64,000 nucleotides of DNA from Bdellovibrionales bacterium. GTDB taxonomy: Bacteria; Bdellovibrionota; Bdellovibrionia; Bdellovibrionales; JAUICD01. The stretch covers positions 96,001-160,000 of the forward strand of contig CBDANC010000014.1 of NCBI GenBank assembly GCA_965197425.1, given 5' to 3'. Below, one piece after another: positions 9,922 to 19,281 of this stretch (the first letter of the stretch is position 1; every line of letters begins with the position of its first letter). Position numbers and translations under genes: made by a program. Below the pieces are notes generated by a model. The model had not been told where the DNA came from, did not search any database, and saw only the letters and a list, made by a program, of their open reading frames with translations.

Positions 9922-12900
9922 GCTCTTCTTTGTGCCAGGCTAGTTCCTGGTTCATCCTAGTTTTTGCCTCTTCAAATTTTAGGTTATAAAATTCCTTGAT
10001 AAATTGATGTTTTTCATTTTCGTATTTATGTCTAGCCCAATCTACATCTTGTTGCCATTTTAAACTAAACTCCCCGTATATACCAGACCACGACTCAATC
10101 TTTGCGTTGTTATGTAATGACCACAAAACATTATTTCTATATTTCCCTACTAAATAACCATCAAATTTTCTATAAATTGTATCTGCAATATTTCTCCATT
10201 CTTCACTGCCCTCCCCACAAAAACCTGCGTATCTAGACCAAATAGTAATGTTCTCTATAGGTTCATCATCTTTTAATTCTTTTATCTTTTTAATCACTAC
10301 TTTAGGAACATATTCATTATTCACATTAAATTTTTCAAACCATTTAGGAAGTTCATAACCCAAGAAAGTTCTACTGTTATTTAGTTCTGTCATTATCTCT
10401 TCAAAGCAACCAACAACTTCATCATCACTTCGATCTTCGTATGGAGGAGATCTAAATATTGGAAACAGGTCGATACTTATAGATATTGCATCAAAAAAAT
10501 TATCTCCGTCTTTATTAACAATTTTTAGCCGTTCGAATAGAAGTTTTTTAAAATCAAAAATATCTGGATGCCACTTATCTTGTCTTTCCACAACGATATT
10601 AAGCAGGCTGTAGTTGACCGAGTTGATGTCTCCCAAATTAGGTATTTTAGAAAACACTTCAAATATAAGCTTTAACATATTTATATACAAAGTATCAGTA
10701 ATATCACTAACCAGCAGTCTATCAATAACAGAGTTTACAATATTAGTAGAATCTTTTGATTTACTGTTTTCGATAACATTTATTAATACGTCCTTGTACT
10801 TATCAATGTATTGTTCTACACACTCTTCTGAGTTACTCAGTAGAATATTGGTTAATATATGAATAAATACAACTGTCCTTTTGACTTCATCAAATATTGC
10901 TTTTTTATCTAACAAATATTTTAATTCCAATTCTGATGTTTCACCAAGGTTTTTTTTACTTTTGCTATAAACGAAGTCCAAAAATCTTATTAGTTCTAAT
11001 TTGTTGTTCATATGTTTTGCTTCACACTCTAAATACAGCTTTTCTTTATCTTCTAACAGTTTTAGCACATCCTCTTTTTTTTCCTTCTTTCTCAAATCTT
11101 GAAGCTTTCTAGTTATTATGTTTCTAATGAAATCTCTTAATCCTTCATGGCTTGAACATATAGCGTTATTGATAAATTCTTGTATAACTTTGTCATCAAA
11201 ATTAGGTACAAAAAAGTAATCACATAAATAATCTGTACAAAAAGAAAATTTATCCCTACCAATAGTATCGATCCCGTCTAAAATATGTCTTTCTATTTTA
11301 GATGCTTTACCTCTCAATAGAGGTTCGAATCGATCATTTATTTGTTCTTCAATATTATATGGTGCAGGGTAGACACAGATGTTTGTATAAAATTTATTGC
11401 TACTAAAATTCAAAAAAATACCTTCGCATTTATCGGCAATTTTTTTTAAATCAGTATCTTTACAATATTTGCAATACCAATCCCAAATGTTTCTAGCCTC
11501 TCTAAAATCTGTTGATGTAACCCATGGTTCTTGTATTTTTTCATACAGTTTATTAAACACCTCAATATTTAATTGTCTGTAATAATCTAGGACATCTTTT
11601 GGAATTTTATCAATGCTAGGAGCATTGATAAGTTGATGTATGTCATGGACAAATTGATCAAACAGTTGTAATATAATGGTTTTGCTACCCTGCTTAGTAC
11701 CTTCGCCTAATGTGTCCCACATCTCATTGATAATATCCCTCATATGTTTGTAATTTTCTGATCTCGGATGTAAACATGTACGTTTCATAGTCAATGTCTG
11801 TTCTTTAAAAGAATATTCTGTTCTAACTATTGCTATTAGTGGTTTAATCAATTTTTGATAGAAATCAACCTTTGGATTTTCATCTTCCTTCAATCTTCCT
11901 ATATATTCCAAAGCCTGTGATTGAAAATCTCTTTGATACGATTTCAGAATATTAGGACCACCTACAATCATGGTTGATATAACAGATGATGCTGAATGAG
12001 AACCTATATAACTATTTTGTTTTTCTATTCCTAGTAGTTGTATTGCAAGATTAGTAATGTTTTTTCTGACGCCATCATCGACAGAATACCGTGCAGCTTC
12101 CAGTAACAGTTCTGGTAGTTTTTCCAGAACATCGCTTTGATTAAGCTCCCTAAACATATACTCTTCCTTAATAGGAGATAGATTACAGTTTTTTAGTACA
12201 GATTGGACTAGCTCTACTATTTTACTTGGATATGGTGCTGCAAAATGTTTTGCAATATCAACAATGCTGAATAGTTCTTTTATATTCTTAGTTGTTTCGG
12301 CTAGCTTAACAACTTCACTTACAAAGTTATAAAGAATTCTAGACTGGTTTTTAAAATTGTATTCATGGTTTTGATACCAATCAACTTTAGCTAGAGTAGT
12401 TATTACCTTCTCCAGATCTGGAACAAAATAACCATCTTTTTTAATAACATCATCCAACATATTTTCGACTAACTTACCAAAACTAGATGATTTCGAGTCA
12501 GAACCTTCACCTGCGTATACAAGTGAATTAAATATTATGTGATCTCTAATTACATCAGGTTTCATCTTTAAAAGACCACCATATCTTTTGAGAATTCTAA
12601 TATCTTCTAAAGAATTTATGTCATCGGTTATGTCATCACATTTAATTTGGTTTGCAATAAATCTCTGCTTATCCTTCCCATCGTCAGGAACAAATTTAAC
12701 ACCACTATTGTCATCAAAACTCAATGCTCCTCTATTCATATTATCAACCCTAATTTCTCCGTAAAGGGACATCCAATTTAGAACTTTTCTTGTTTTTTCT
12801 GATTTTCCTTTTAACATCTGATCTACATATTGTTTTGCAATACCAATTTCATCTCTAGGAAGATCTTCTAATCTTCCGCCTTTTTCCATTATGCTTAGTG

Positions 12901-14008
12901 CAACATGAAGGAAAATTGGGTGACCTCCAGTATATTGATTGAGATAGTTTTTGAGATCCTCTTTGGAGTATGGATAAGATTCCAAATTATTTACTTGTTC
13001 GTCTATTAGAGAATTGAAAGATTCTTTCTTCATTGGTTCTAATTTAACACGCTCAACAATCTTTTTGATTTTATAGTCTTCAAAAAAATTTATAATTTTC
13101 TGATCATACCTGCTAAGTGCAATGATAAATTTCCACTTTTTAATTCTTGAACCTGGGTTAGTAAGTTGTCCCATTAACCTTTGTAAAAATTCGATACTTT
13201 CTGGCTCATCCATTAGTATGACATGGTCTATATCTGGTGCAGCTATACCGGGAAAATCTTTGTTATATGCAAGTGTTGCCACATTTGCCCAATATACTTG
13301 TTTGCCTTCTTGTGCGTACCTGCCCTTTGATAAAGCTCTATTGCCAGCTTCTATCAAAAATCTAGACTTTCCAACTCCTCCCTCTCCCGTGACCAAAAGA
13401 ACTTTTTTATCACTACGGAAAAATGTATCTGCCTTTTCCAGTTCTTCTTCTCTTCCATGGTATTCAGATTCATATTCATCCTTATTCTCCCTGACAGAGT
13501 TGTACTCATTGAGACTAGTTATAGCATCATCAAGTGTAAGATAGGATGCAGGGCTATCTTTAAAAAAGATATTGTATATTAAAGAGTGTAATCTTATTGG
13601 TTTTTCTAACTCTTCACCACTTCGCAATTCTGCTTTTATTTTCAATTCACTAAAGAGTTGTCCTATTTGCTTGTTCCACTTGTTTTCATTATTCTTGTTG
13701 ATATATGAGTTTGTCATCAAAACCCATTTATTTACCTTCGACCAAGTATTATGATAGGGGTGAGTTTTATCATCCTTTATTTTTTTAATTTTTTTCAGTT
13801 CTTCTTTTGCATCTTTAATTAGATCTCCAGAAGATTTGTGAAACTTAAATTGATATACTGTGAGTCCATTCTCTGATATGGCATCAATTGCACCATCTTT
13901 TCCATCACTCCTATAGATTTTTATAGATTTATCTTGATAATTCAGTATGGTGCTACAGAGGCTTTCAAATGTTGGCCAGTGTTTTATTTTACTCCAATCT
14001 ATTTCCAT
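9908..14008 (-). CDS. Large STAND/NACHT-like ATPase with N-terminal PD-(D/E)xK (Mrr-like) nuclease and long helical C-terminal region; Avs-like defence protein
   Basis: FESLC...DGKDGAIDAI...YQFKFH nuclease signature, GREEEL, Walker A GEGGVGKS, Walker B VILMDEPE, GGHP (GxP) motif, about 900 aa helical tail. Confidence 0.75.
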   Translation of the reverse strand: MEIDWSKIKHWPTFESLCSTILNYQDKSIKIYRSDGKDGAIDAISENGLTVYQFKFHKSSGDLIKDAKEELKKIKKIKDDKTHPYHNTWSKVNKWVLMTNSYINKNNENKWNKQIGQLFSELKIKAELRSGEELEKPIRLHSLIYNIFFKDSPASYLTLDDAITSLNEYNSVRENKDEYESEYHGREEELEKADTFFRSDKKVLLVTGEGGVGKSRFLIEAGNRALSKGRYAQEGKQVYWANVATLAYNKDFPGIAAPDIDHVILMDEPESIEFLQRLMGQLTNPGSRIKKWKFIIALSRYDQKIINFFEDYKIKKIVERVKLEPMKKESFNSLIDEQVNNLESYPYSKEDLKNYLNQYTGGHPIFLHVALSIMEKGGRLEDLPRDEIGIAKQYVDQMLKGKSEKTRKVLNWMSLYGEIRVDNMNRGALSFDDNSGVKFVPDDGKDKQRFIANQIKCDDITDDINSLEDIRILKRYGGLLKMKPDVIRDHIIFNSLVYAGEGSDSKSSSFGKLVENMLDDVIKKDGYFVPDLEKVITTLAKVDWYQNHEYNFKNQSRILYNFVSEVVKLAETTKNIKELFSIVDIAKHFAAPYPSKIVELVQSVLKNCNLSPIKEEYMFRELNQSDVLEKLPELLLEAARYSVDDGVRKNITNLAIQLLGIEKQNSYIGSHSASSVISTMIVGGPNILKSYQRDFQSQALEYIGRLKEDENPKVDFYQKLIKPLIAIVRTEYSFKEQTLTMKRTCLHPRSENYKHMRDIINEMWDTLGEGTKQGSKTIILQLFDQFVHDIHQLINAPSIDKIPKDVLDYYRQLNIEVFNKLYEKIQEPWVTSTDFREARNIWDWYCKYCKDTDLKKIADKCEGIFLNFSSNKFYTNICVYPAPYNIEEQINDRFEPLLRGKASKIERHILDGIDTIGRDKFSFCTDYLCDYFFVPNFDDKVIQEFINNAICSSHEGLRDFIRNIITRKLQDLRKKEKKEDVLKLLEDKEKLYLECEAKHMNNKLELIRFLDFVYSKSKKNLGETSELELKYLLDKKAIFDEVKRTVVFIHILTNILLSNSEECVEQYIDKYKDVLINVIENSKSKDSTNIVNSVIDRLLVSDITDTLYINMLKLIFEVFSKIPNLGDINSVNYSLLNIVVERQDKWHPDIFDFKKLLFERLKIVNKDGDNFFDAISISIDLFPIFRSPPYEDRSDDEVVGCFEEIMTELNNSRTFLGYELPKWFEKFNVNNEYVPKVVIKKIKELKDDEPIENITIWSRYAGFCGEGSEEWRNIADTIYRKFDGYLVGKYRNNVLWSLHNNAKIESWSGIYGEFSLKWQQDVDWARHKYENEKHQFIKEFYNLKFEEAKTRMNQELAWHKEEHGDE

Positions 14009-14119
14009 AAACTTCCATCTCTTTTAACACAATGAGGCTTATATCTCCAACCATATTTCACGGTATGACTGAAAATGAAATATAAAGATATTAGATCAAA
14101 ACCATAACAAGACAGTAAA

Positions 14120-14425
14120 CTATGCTACGTCTCTATAGATCAAACGAACTTTCTGCCCAGTTGCACCAAGAACTCTGAATAGAACATCCAAGGAAATTCC
14201 ACAACTATCGGCATTTAATATTTTTGTTATTCTAGCCCTTGAAGTCTTAGATAATTTAGCCAGCTTCGTAACCGAGATTCGTCTCTTCTTAACAATAGTA
14301 ATAATTTTTTTAACAACACTATGACGAATTTCCCATTCCACGGCATCAGAATATGTTAATCCAAGGTCACTAGCCAAATCTTTAGGCCTACTACTAACAA
14401 TGATCTTCTTTTTATTCCTTTGCAT
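14120..14425 (-). CDS. XRE-family HTH protein (HigA-like antitoxin or regulator)
   Basis: SVTKLAKLSKTSRARITKILN helix-turn-helix followed by ISLDVLFRVLGATG; ATG 14425 chosen as start. Confidence 0.75.
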   Translation of the reverse strand: MQRNKKKIIVSSRPKDLASDLGLTYSDAVEWEIRHSVVKKIITIVKKRRISVTKLAKLSKTSRARITKILNADSCGISLDVLFRVLGATGQKVRLIYRDVA

Positions 14426-14535
14426 CCCCAAACTTGCTACCTTTAATAAAAGGTGTATCATATTTGGTACATACGTCAAATAAATTTTTTATTTTATTAA
14501 CTGACAGTCATTACAATTAGGTGTAAAAAGTATAT

Positions 14536-15567
14536 GTGAAAAAACTGAATTTATTAATAATATGTGGTGGGATGTCTTGTGAACATGAGGTTTCCATTCA
14601 ATCCGCCAGAAGTATTATAAAAAACTTAGATAAATCAAAGTATGATATTACCCTCGTTTGTATAGATAAAAAGGGTGTCTGGTACTGGATTAATGACATA
14701 GAATCTATTTTTAATTATCCAGACTATAAAACTATCCCATCTGAAAAACTAGGTGATATAGTATCATTACAATTTTCAAAACCTACTATGATATGTTCTG
14801 AAAACAAAACCAAGAAAATAGATGTAGCATTCCCCATACTACATGGATACCTGGGTGAAGATGGAGCCATACAGGGTATGCTTAAAGTAGCTGATATTCC
14901 GTTTGTAGGAGCTGATGTCTTAAGTTCTGCAATGTGTATGGACAAACACATTACAAAAACCATTGCCAGCTCACACAATATTCCTACCTCCAAATATATA
15001 GCCGTAAATAAAAATTCTACCTTTGATCTGAACTCCTTAAACTACCCTGTTTTTGTAAAACCCAACAACGCAGGTTCTTCTGTAGGAATAAGTAAAGTTA
15101 AATCTAAAGATAACCTCAAGAAAGCAATAGCAGAAGCTTTAAAATATGATTCTTTAGTTTTAATTGAAGAGTGTGTGGAAGGGCAAGAATGTGAGATTGC
15201 ACTTTTAGGAAATGAAGATGTAAAAGCATCAAGCGTGGGCGAAATTATACCAAGAGGACATGAGTTTTACTCTTATGAGGCAAAATATTTAGATAAACAA
15301 GGAGCAGACTTGATAATCCCTGCTAATCTTAGCCAAGATACAGAGAATAAAATAAAAGAATGTGCAATAAAGGTTTATAAACTATTAAATTGTCGTGGCA
15401 TGGCCAGAGTTGATTTTTTTATCAAAAAGAACGGAGATGTGGTTTTTAACGAGATAAACACAATTCCAGGTTTTACATCTATCAGTATGTACCCAAGCCT
15501 TTGGTTACACAAAGGGATTAAATACAAAGATCTGTTAGATCACCTAATTGAGCTTGCCAGAGTTTAA
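14536..15567 (+). CDS. ddl: D-alanine--D-alanine ligase
   Basis: GGMSCEHEVS, HGYLGEDGAIQG, GSSVGI, FYSYEAKY and NEINTIPGFT. Confidence 0.97.
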   Translation: MKKLNLLIICGGMSCEHEVSIQSARSIIKNLDKSKYDITLVCIDKKGVWYWINDIESIFNYPDYKTIPSEKLGDIVSLQFSKPTMICSENKTKKIDVAFPILHGYLGEDGAIQGMLKVADIPFVGADVLSSAMCMDKHITKTIASSHNIPTSKYIAVNKNSTFDLNSLNYPVFVKPNNAGSSVGISKVKSKDNLKKAIAEALKYDSLVLIEECVEGQECEIALLGNEDVKASSVGEIIPRGHEFYSYEAKYLDKQGADLIIPANLSQDTENKIKECAIKVYKLLNCRGMARVDFFIKKNGDVVFNEINTIPGFTSISMYPSLWLHKGIKYKDLLDHLIELARV

Positions 15568-16569
15568 TTTTTTATCCTTATCTATAGGTGAAGGACCAAA
15601 CTTCTCCCATAAATAAGCTGATTCACAAATTGTTTCAAGGTTGTGTTTTGGTTTCCAATTCAGCTTGGTTTTTAGCTTTGTTGAATCTGCTACGAGTTTT
15701 GCAGGATCACCTTCTCTTTTACTAGCAGATTCTATCTTGAACTGTGAACCTGAAACTTTCTTCATCATATCCAAAACTTCTAACACACTAAACCCTTCAC
15801 CATATCCACAGTTGTAAATATTTGATTTCTCTTTATCCAAACTTTTTAAGGCTACAACATGTGCATCTGCCAAGTCTTCTACATGTATATAGTCTCTAAT
15901 ACATGTACCATCTTTGGTAGGGTAGTCTGTTCCTAACACCGTTAGTTTATTTAGTTTTCCCAAAGCAGTTTTTGCTACTAAGGTAATAAGGTGATTTGAG
16001 CCTTTATGATCCTGACCAAGACTTCCATCTATTGCAGCTCCTGCAACATTAAAATATCTTAATATTACGTATTTAAAATTTATATCCTTACCAACAACAC
16101 TGTTAGTAAAATCCTGAATCATTTTTTCATCCATCATTTTAGAATTGCCATATGGATTTATGGGGTTGAGAACTGTGTCTTCTGATATTGTATATAAGTT
16201 GGGCTGTCCGTACACCGCTGCTGTTGAAGAAAAAATCAATCTATTTATTTTATACTCTCCACATTTTTGTAAAAGTGTAAGTGTATTAAAAGAATTGTTA
16301 CGATAATATTTATAAGGATTACCTACTGATTCACCTACAGAAATTGATGCTGCTACATGAATTACTGCATCTATTTTGTGTTCCGAAAAAATACAATCTA
16401 ACAGATTAACATCACCTACATCACCTTCATAAAATGTAGATTTTTTTGGGATGGCCCACTTATTTCCGGTGGATAAGTTATCTATAATAATAAGATTTGC
16501 TATGGGGTTTAGTTTTTTTGATATATAGGATCCAATATACCCAGCCCCACCTGTTATAAGAATATTCAT
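15544..16569 (-). CDS. galE: UDP-glucose 4-epimerase
   Basis: TGGAGYIG, FSSTAAVYG, YGNSK, LRYFNVAGA and RDYIHVEDLA. Confidence 0.95.
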   Translation of the reverse strand: MNILITGGAGYIGSYISKKLNPIANLIIIDNLSTGNKWAIPKKSTFYEGDVGDVNLLDCIFSEHKIDAVIHVAASISVGESVGNPYKYYRNNSFNTLTLLQKCGEYKINRLIFSSTAAVYGQPNLYTISEDTVLNPINPYGNSKMMDEKMIQDFTNSVVGKDINFKYVILRYFNVAGAAIDGSLGQDHKGSNHLITLVAKTALGKLNKLTVLGTDYPTKDGTCIRDYIHVEDLADAHVVALKSLDKEKSNIYNCGYGEGFSVLEVLDMMKKVSGSQFKIESASKREGDPAKLVADSTKLKTKLNWKPKHNLETICESAYLWEKFGPSPIDKDKKLNSGKLN

Positions 16570-16745
16570 ATTTAGTTCTCTATTTTAATTCATATTTAAT
16601 CCTTAACCAAGGCTAAAGAAATAAAATAATATCCATCCTACCAGGAGTGTCTATTTTAAGTACATCCCTTCTTATACTAAGAAGATTCTAAGCTTAATGC
16701 TTGTGAAAAGTTGAGCATTTAATATATTCTAATGCGGGAGAGCAA

Positions 16746-17063
16746 ATGATAATTACCAATATAGAAATTATTCCTGGATATGAAATTGTCGAACATTATG
16801 GACTGGTTGAAGGGAGTACCATTAGGTCAAAACATGTGGGTCGTGATATAATGGCAGGATTTAAAAATATTTTAGGAGGGGAACTAAAGGGATACACAGA
16901 GCTTTTAAAAGAAAGTCGAAGAGAAGCTCTAGAGAGAATGGTAAAAAGTGCAGAAGATTTAGGTGCTAATGCAATAGTGAATGTACGATTTGCCACTTCC
17001 ACCATAACTAGTGGAGCTGCAGAATTCCTTGCGTACGGCACTGCAGTTCGGGTATCTCAGTAA
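16746..17063 (+). CDS. YbjQ/UPF0145 family protein
   Basis: GRDIMAGFKNILGGELKGYT...GANAIVNVRF...AYGTAV. Confidence 0.9.
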   Translation: MIITNIEIIPGYEIVEHYGLVEGSTIRSKHVGRDIMAGFKNILGGELKGYTELLKESRREALERMVKSAEDLGANAIVNVRFATSTITSGAAEFLAYGTAVRVSQ

Positions 17064-17530
17064 TGGTAGATTTAACAATTATACTATTATTAGTTACTGT
17101 AGGTTACATAAGTGGTACTCTTGTAGAGAAAAGACACTACAGGGCTTTGGCTAAGGCAGAGGAAGAACTGAGTAGCATACCTGTTATCACAGCATCCTGG
17201 AAGAATACCGTTAAAGATTCAGAAACAGGTATGTTGTTGGGGGGCTCTGTGGTACTTGGCTCTGATCATTTTAAAACCCTTGCGGCCGCTTTGATAAATA
17301 TAGTGGGGGGCAGGGTTACAGTTTATGAGAGTTTACTCGATAGAGGTAGAAGAGAAGCTATTATAAGAATGAAGCAAAACGCAAGATGGTGGGGCGCAGA
17401 GAGAATAATAAATTTAAGAATAGAAACATCCAGAATAGCTTCCATAGGCATGCACGGAACACCTTTTCCCTGTGTAGAGGTTCTTGCCTATGGTACTGCA
17501 CTGAAAAGCAAAAATGCTCTACAAAAATAA
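17063..17530 (+). CDS. Membrane-anchored YbjQ-family protein
   Basis: N-terminal TM helix; GGRVTVYESLLDRGRREA...VEVLAYGTA. Confidence 0.85.
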   Translation: MVDLTIILLLVTVGYISGTLVEKRHYRALAKAEEELSSIPVITASWKNTVKDSETGMLLGGSVVLGSDHFKTLAAALINIVGGRVTVYESLLDRGRREAIIRMKQNARWWGAERIINLRIETSRIASIGMHGTPFPCVEVLAYGTALKSKNALQK

Positions 17531-18329
17531 ACCGTCTAAAACCAATTATAATGTATCCAAAACCAATTACTTATTGCAATTTTTTCGTCTAGTCTTAGCT
17601 GTATTTATACTTACTCTGCTCTTATATATTTTTATAAACCTTGTGCTTGGTATTTTAGTAAAAGGCATCGATCCAGAGAGAGGAATGTTGTTAAGAGAGA
17701 GAATCACTTCTTTCTCAGATGATCTAGCAGGGACTGACAAACAGTTGACTGAACATGCATCAAGACTATGGCAGCCTTTTTCAGAGCATGATGCCTTTCC
17801 TCTAGTGAAAATGTTTGGCCTTGGAGAAGAAGAAGAGTCACAAAACGCATTTGTTCTACCAGGGGGATTTATTTTTATAACTAAATCTTCACTAGTTAGA
17901 ATGAATTCCGAAAATGAACTGTCATTTGTGCTGTGTCATGAGCTAGGTCATATAGTCAAACGACATATACAAAAGAGACTCGGAACCAATCTTATTTTTC
18001 TTATATTTTCTATTTTGACTGTGAATGATAGTTCACTAGTTTTACTTATCGACCGAACAGTTAACCTACACTTTTCTAGACAAGATGAATATGAGGCTGA
18101 TGAATTTGCTCTTACATGCCTTGACACATACTATGGACACACAAACGGAGCAACCCACTTTTTTGAACGATTAAAAAATCTTGAGCATTACAAAAATGAA
18201 AAAACAGAACTCATGTCAACACACCCAGACATAGATAACAGAATCTCCAGAATACTGGACTTAGTAAAACAAAAGGGCTTTAAAAGCGATTTACCACTAA
18301 AACCACTAACGATCACCCCAGATGACTAA
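17514..18329 (+). CDS. M48 family metallopeptidase
   Basis: NAFVLPGG, HELGH, FSRQDEYEAD and STHP motifs. Confidence 0.9.
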   Translation: MLYKNKPSKTNYNVSKTNYLLQFFRLVLAVFILTLLLYIFINLVLGILVKGIDPERGMLLRERITSFSDDLAGTDKQLTEHASRLWQPFSEHDAFPLVKMFGLGEEEESQNAFVLPGGFIFITKSSLVRMNSENELSFVLCHELGHIVKRHIQKRLGTNLIFLIFSILTVNDSSLVLLIDRTVNLHFSRQDEYEADEFALTCLDTYYGHTNGATHFFERLKNLEHYKNEKTELMSTHPDIDNRISRILDLVKQKGFKSDLPLKPLTITPDD

Positions 18330-18440
18330 ATTTAAAATCTATATCTTTACCTACTATACTATTTAGAAAATCAAACGATTATTTTTTCATCCATCACTTT
18401 AGAATTACCACACGGATTTATGAGCCTAAGGCTGTGTCCT
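18330..18440 (-). pseudogene. Decayed internal fragment of galE
   Basis: Aligns by eye to 16071-16180; translates (with one frameshift) as INPCGNSKVMDEKII/DFLNSIVGKDIDFK versus GalE INPYGNSKMMDEKMIQDFTNSVVGKDINFK. Confidence 0.85.
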
Positions 18441-18469
18441 GGTATAACTAAAGCTAACTGTTCCCCACC

Positions 18470-18506
18470 TTTTGGCCGAGCGGTTGCTTAACGCTCTAAG
18501 TGTCAT
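18470..18506 (+). repeat. Degenerate half-copy of the dispersed intergenic repeat
   Basis: TTTTGGCCGAGCGGTTGCTTAACGCTCTAAGTGTCAT resembles TTTTGCCGAGTGGTTGCCCAGCTCTACACATGTCAT. Confidence 0.45.
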
Positions 18507-18536
18507 ATATTTTCCTTCAGTAATGCCCATCAAACC

Positions 18537-18701
18537 TTACTTTGTTTTTTTCTTTTCCTCTAAGACATTTGTAACATGTCTTACACCATAAAGCTTTCTA
18601 AATTCATCAAGGAATTGTAGTATTTGATATGGAGATAGTTTTTTGCAATACTCTAAATATTCCTTAGTAAACATCTGTAATCCCTTGTTACTCTTTCTCA
18701 T
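18537..18701 (-). CDS. Small hypothetical protein following a nucleotidyltransferase gene (possible TA partner)
   Basis: 54-aa ORF (MRKSNKGLQMFTKEYLEYCKKLSPYQILQFLDEFRKL) 32 bp downstream of the NTase. Confidence 0.5.
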   Translation of the reverse strand: MRKSNKGLQMFTKEYLEYCKKLSPYQILQFLDEFRKLYGVRHVTNVLEEKKKTK

Positions 18702-18732
18702 TTTTTCACCAAATCCCCTTGAAGAGTGTAGT

Positions 18733-19191
18733 TTAAATATTCTCCAACATTTTAGCATCTATTAAGTCTTGTTCTCTTGTGCTTTGTTTTTTCATCTCAA
18801 TCAAATGTTTTTTAGATAACACATTAATTTTTGTATCATTAACTAATATTTGTGTAATCATATTTTTATTAAAAGCATAATTAATAACAATATCAACTAC
18901 TTCTAGTGGATTTTTAACATTAACAAAATTCCAAGCTAGCATATTTTTTTCTTTTATATAGTATTCTCTTTTCTCAAATAATTTTCGCGGTGATATTGAC
19001 TGGATTGGTGTTAGACCTATTTCCTCTAGTGCCTGTTTTGTTAATTCTAAATATTTTAGATCCCATTCAAGCACTAAATCCAAATCCACAGTACCCCTAA
19101 CAACACCGTGCAAAGCCACAGCATGTCCCCCAACAATTGCATATTGTATTTTATACTTACACAATTGATCAACTACTCGTTTAATGAACAT
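18733..19191 (-). CDS. Nucleotidyltransferase-fold protein (AbiEii/DUF6036-like)
   Basis: YAIVGGHAVALHGVVRGTVDLDL and LIEMK...REQDLID motifs. Confidence 0.8.
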   Translation of the reverse strand: MFIKRVVDQLCKYKIQYAIVGGHAVALHGVVRGTVDLDLVLEWDLKYLELTKQALEEIGLTPIQSISPRKLFEKREYYIKEKNMLAWNFVNVKNPLEVVDIVINYAFNKNMITQILVNDTKINVLSKKHLIEMKKQSTREQDLIDAKMLENI

Positions 19192-19281
19192 ATACAGAAA
19201 TATAATATAATATGTAAAGTGTATCAAGCATAGAGATGTAGTTTGCTAAACTTCATAGATATAAAATCTAACATGGAGACA

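Noticed and set aside
9088..14479. Prophage or integrative element around the defence genes
   Set aside because: No integrase, transposase, phage structural gene or flanking att repeat is visible.
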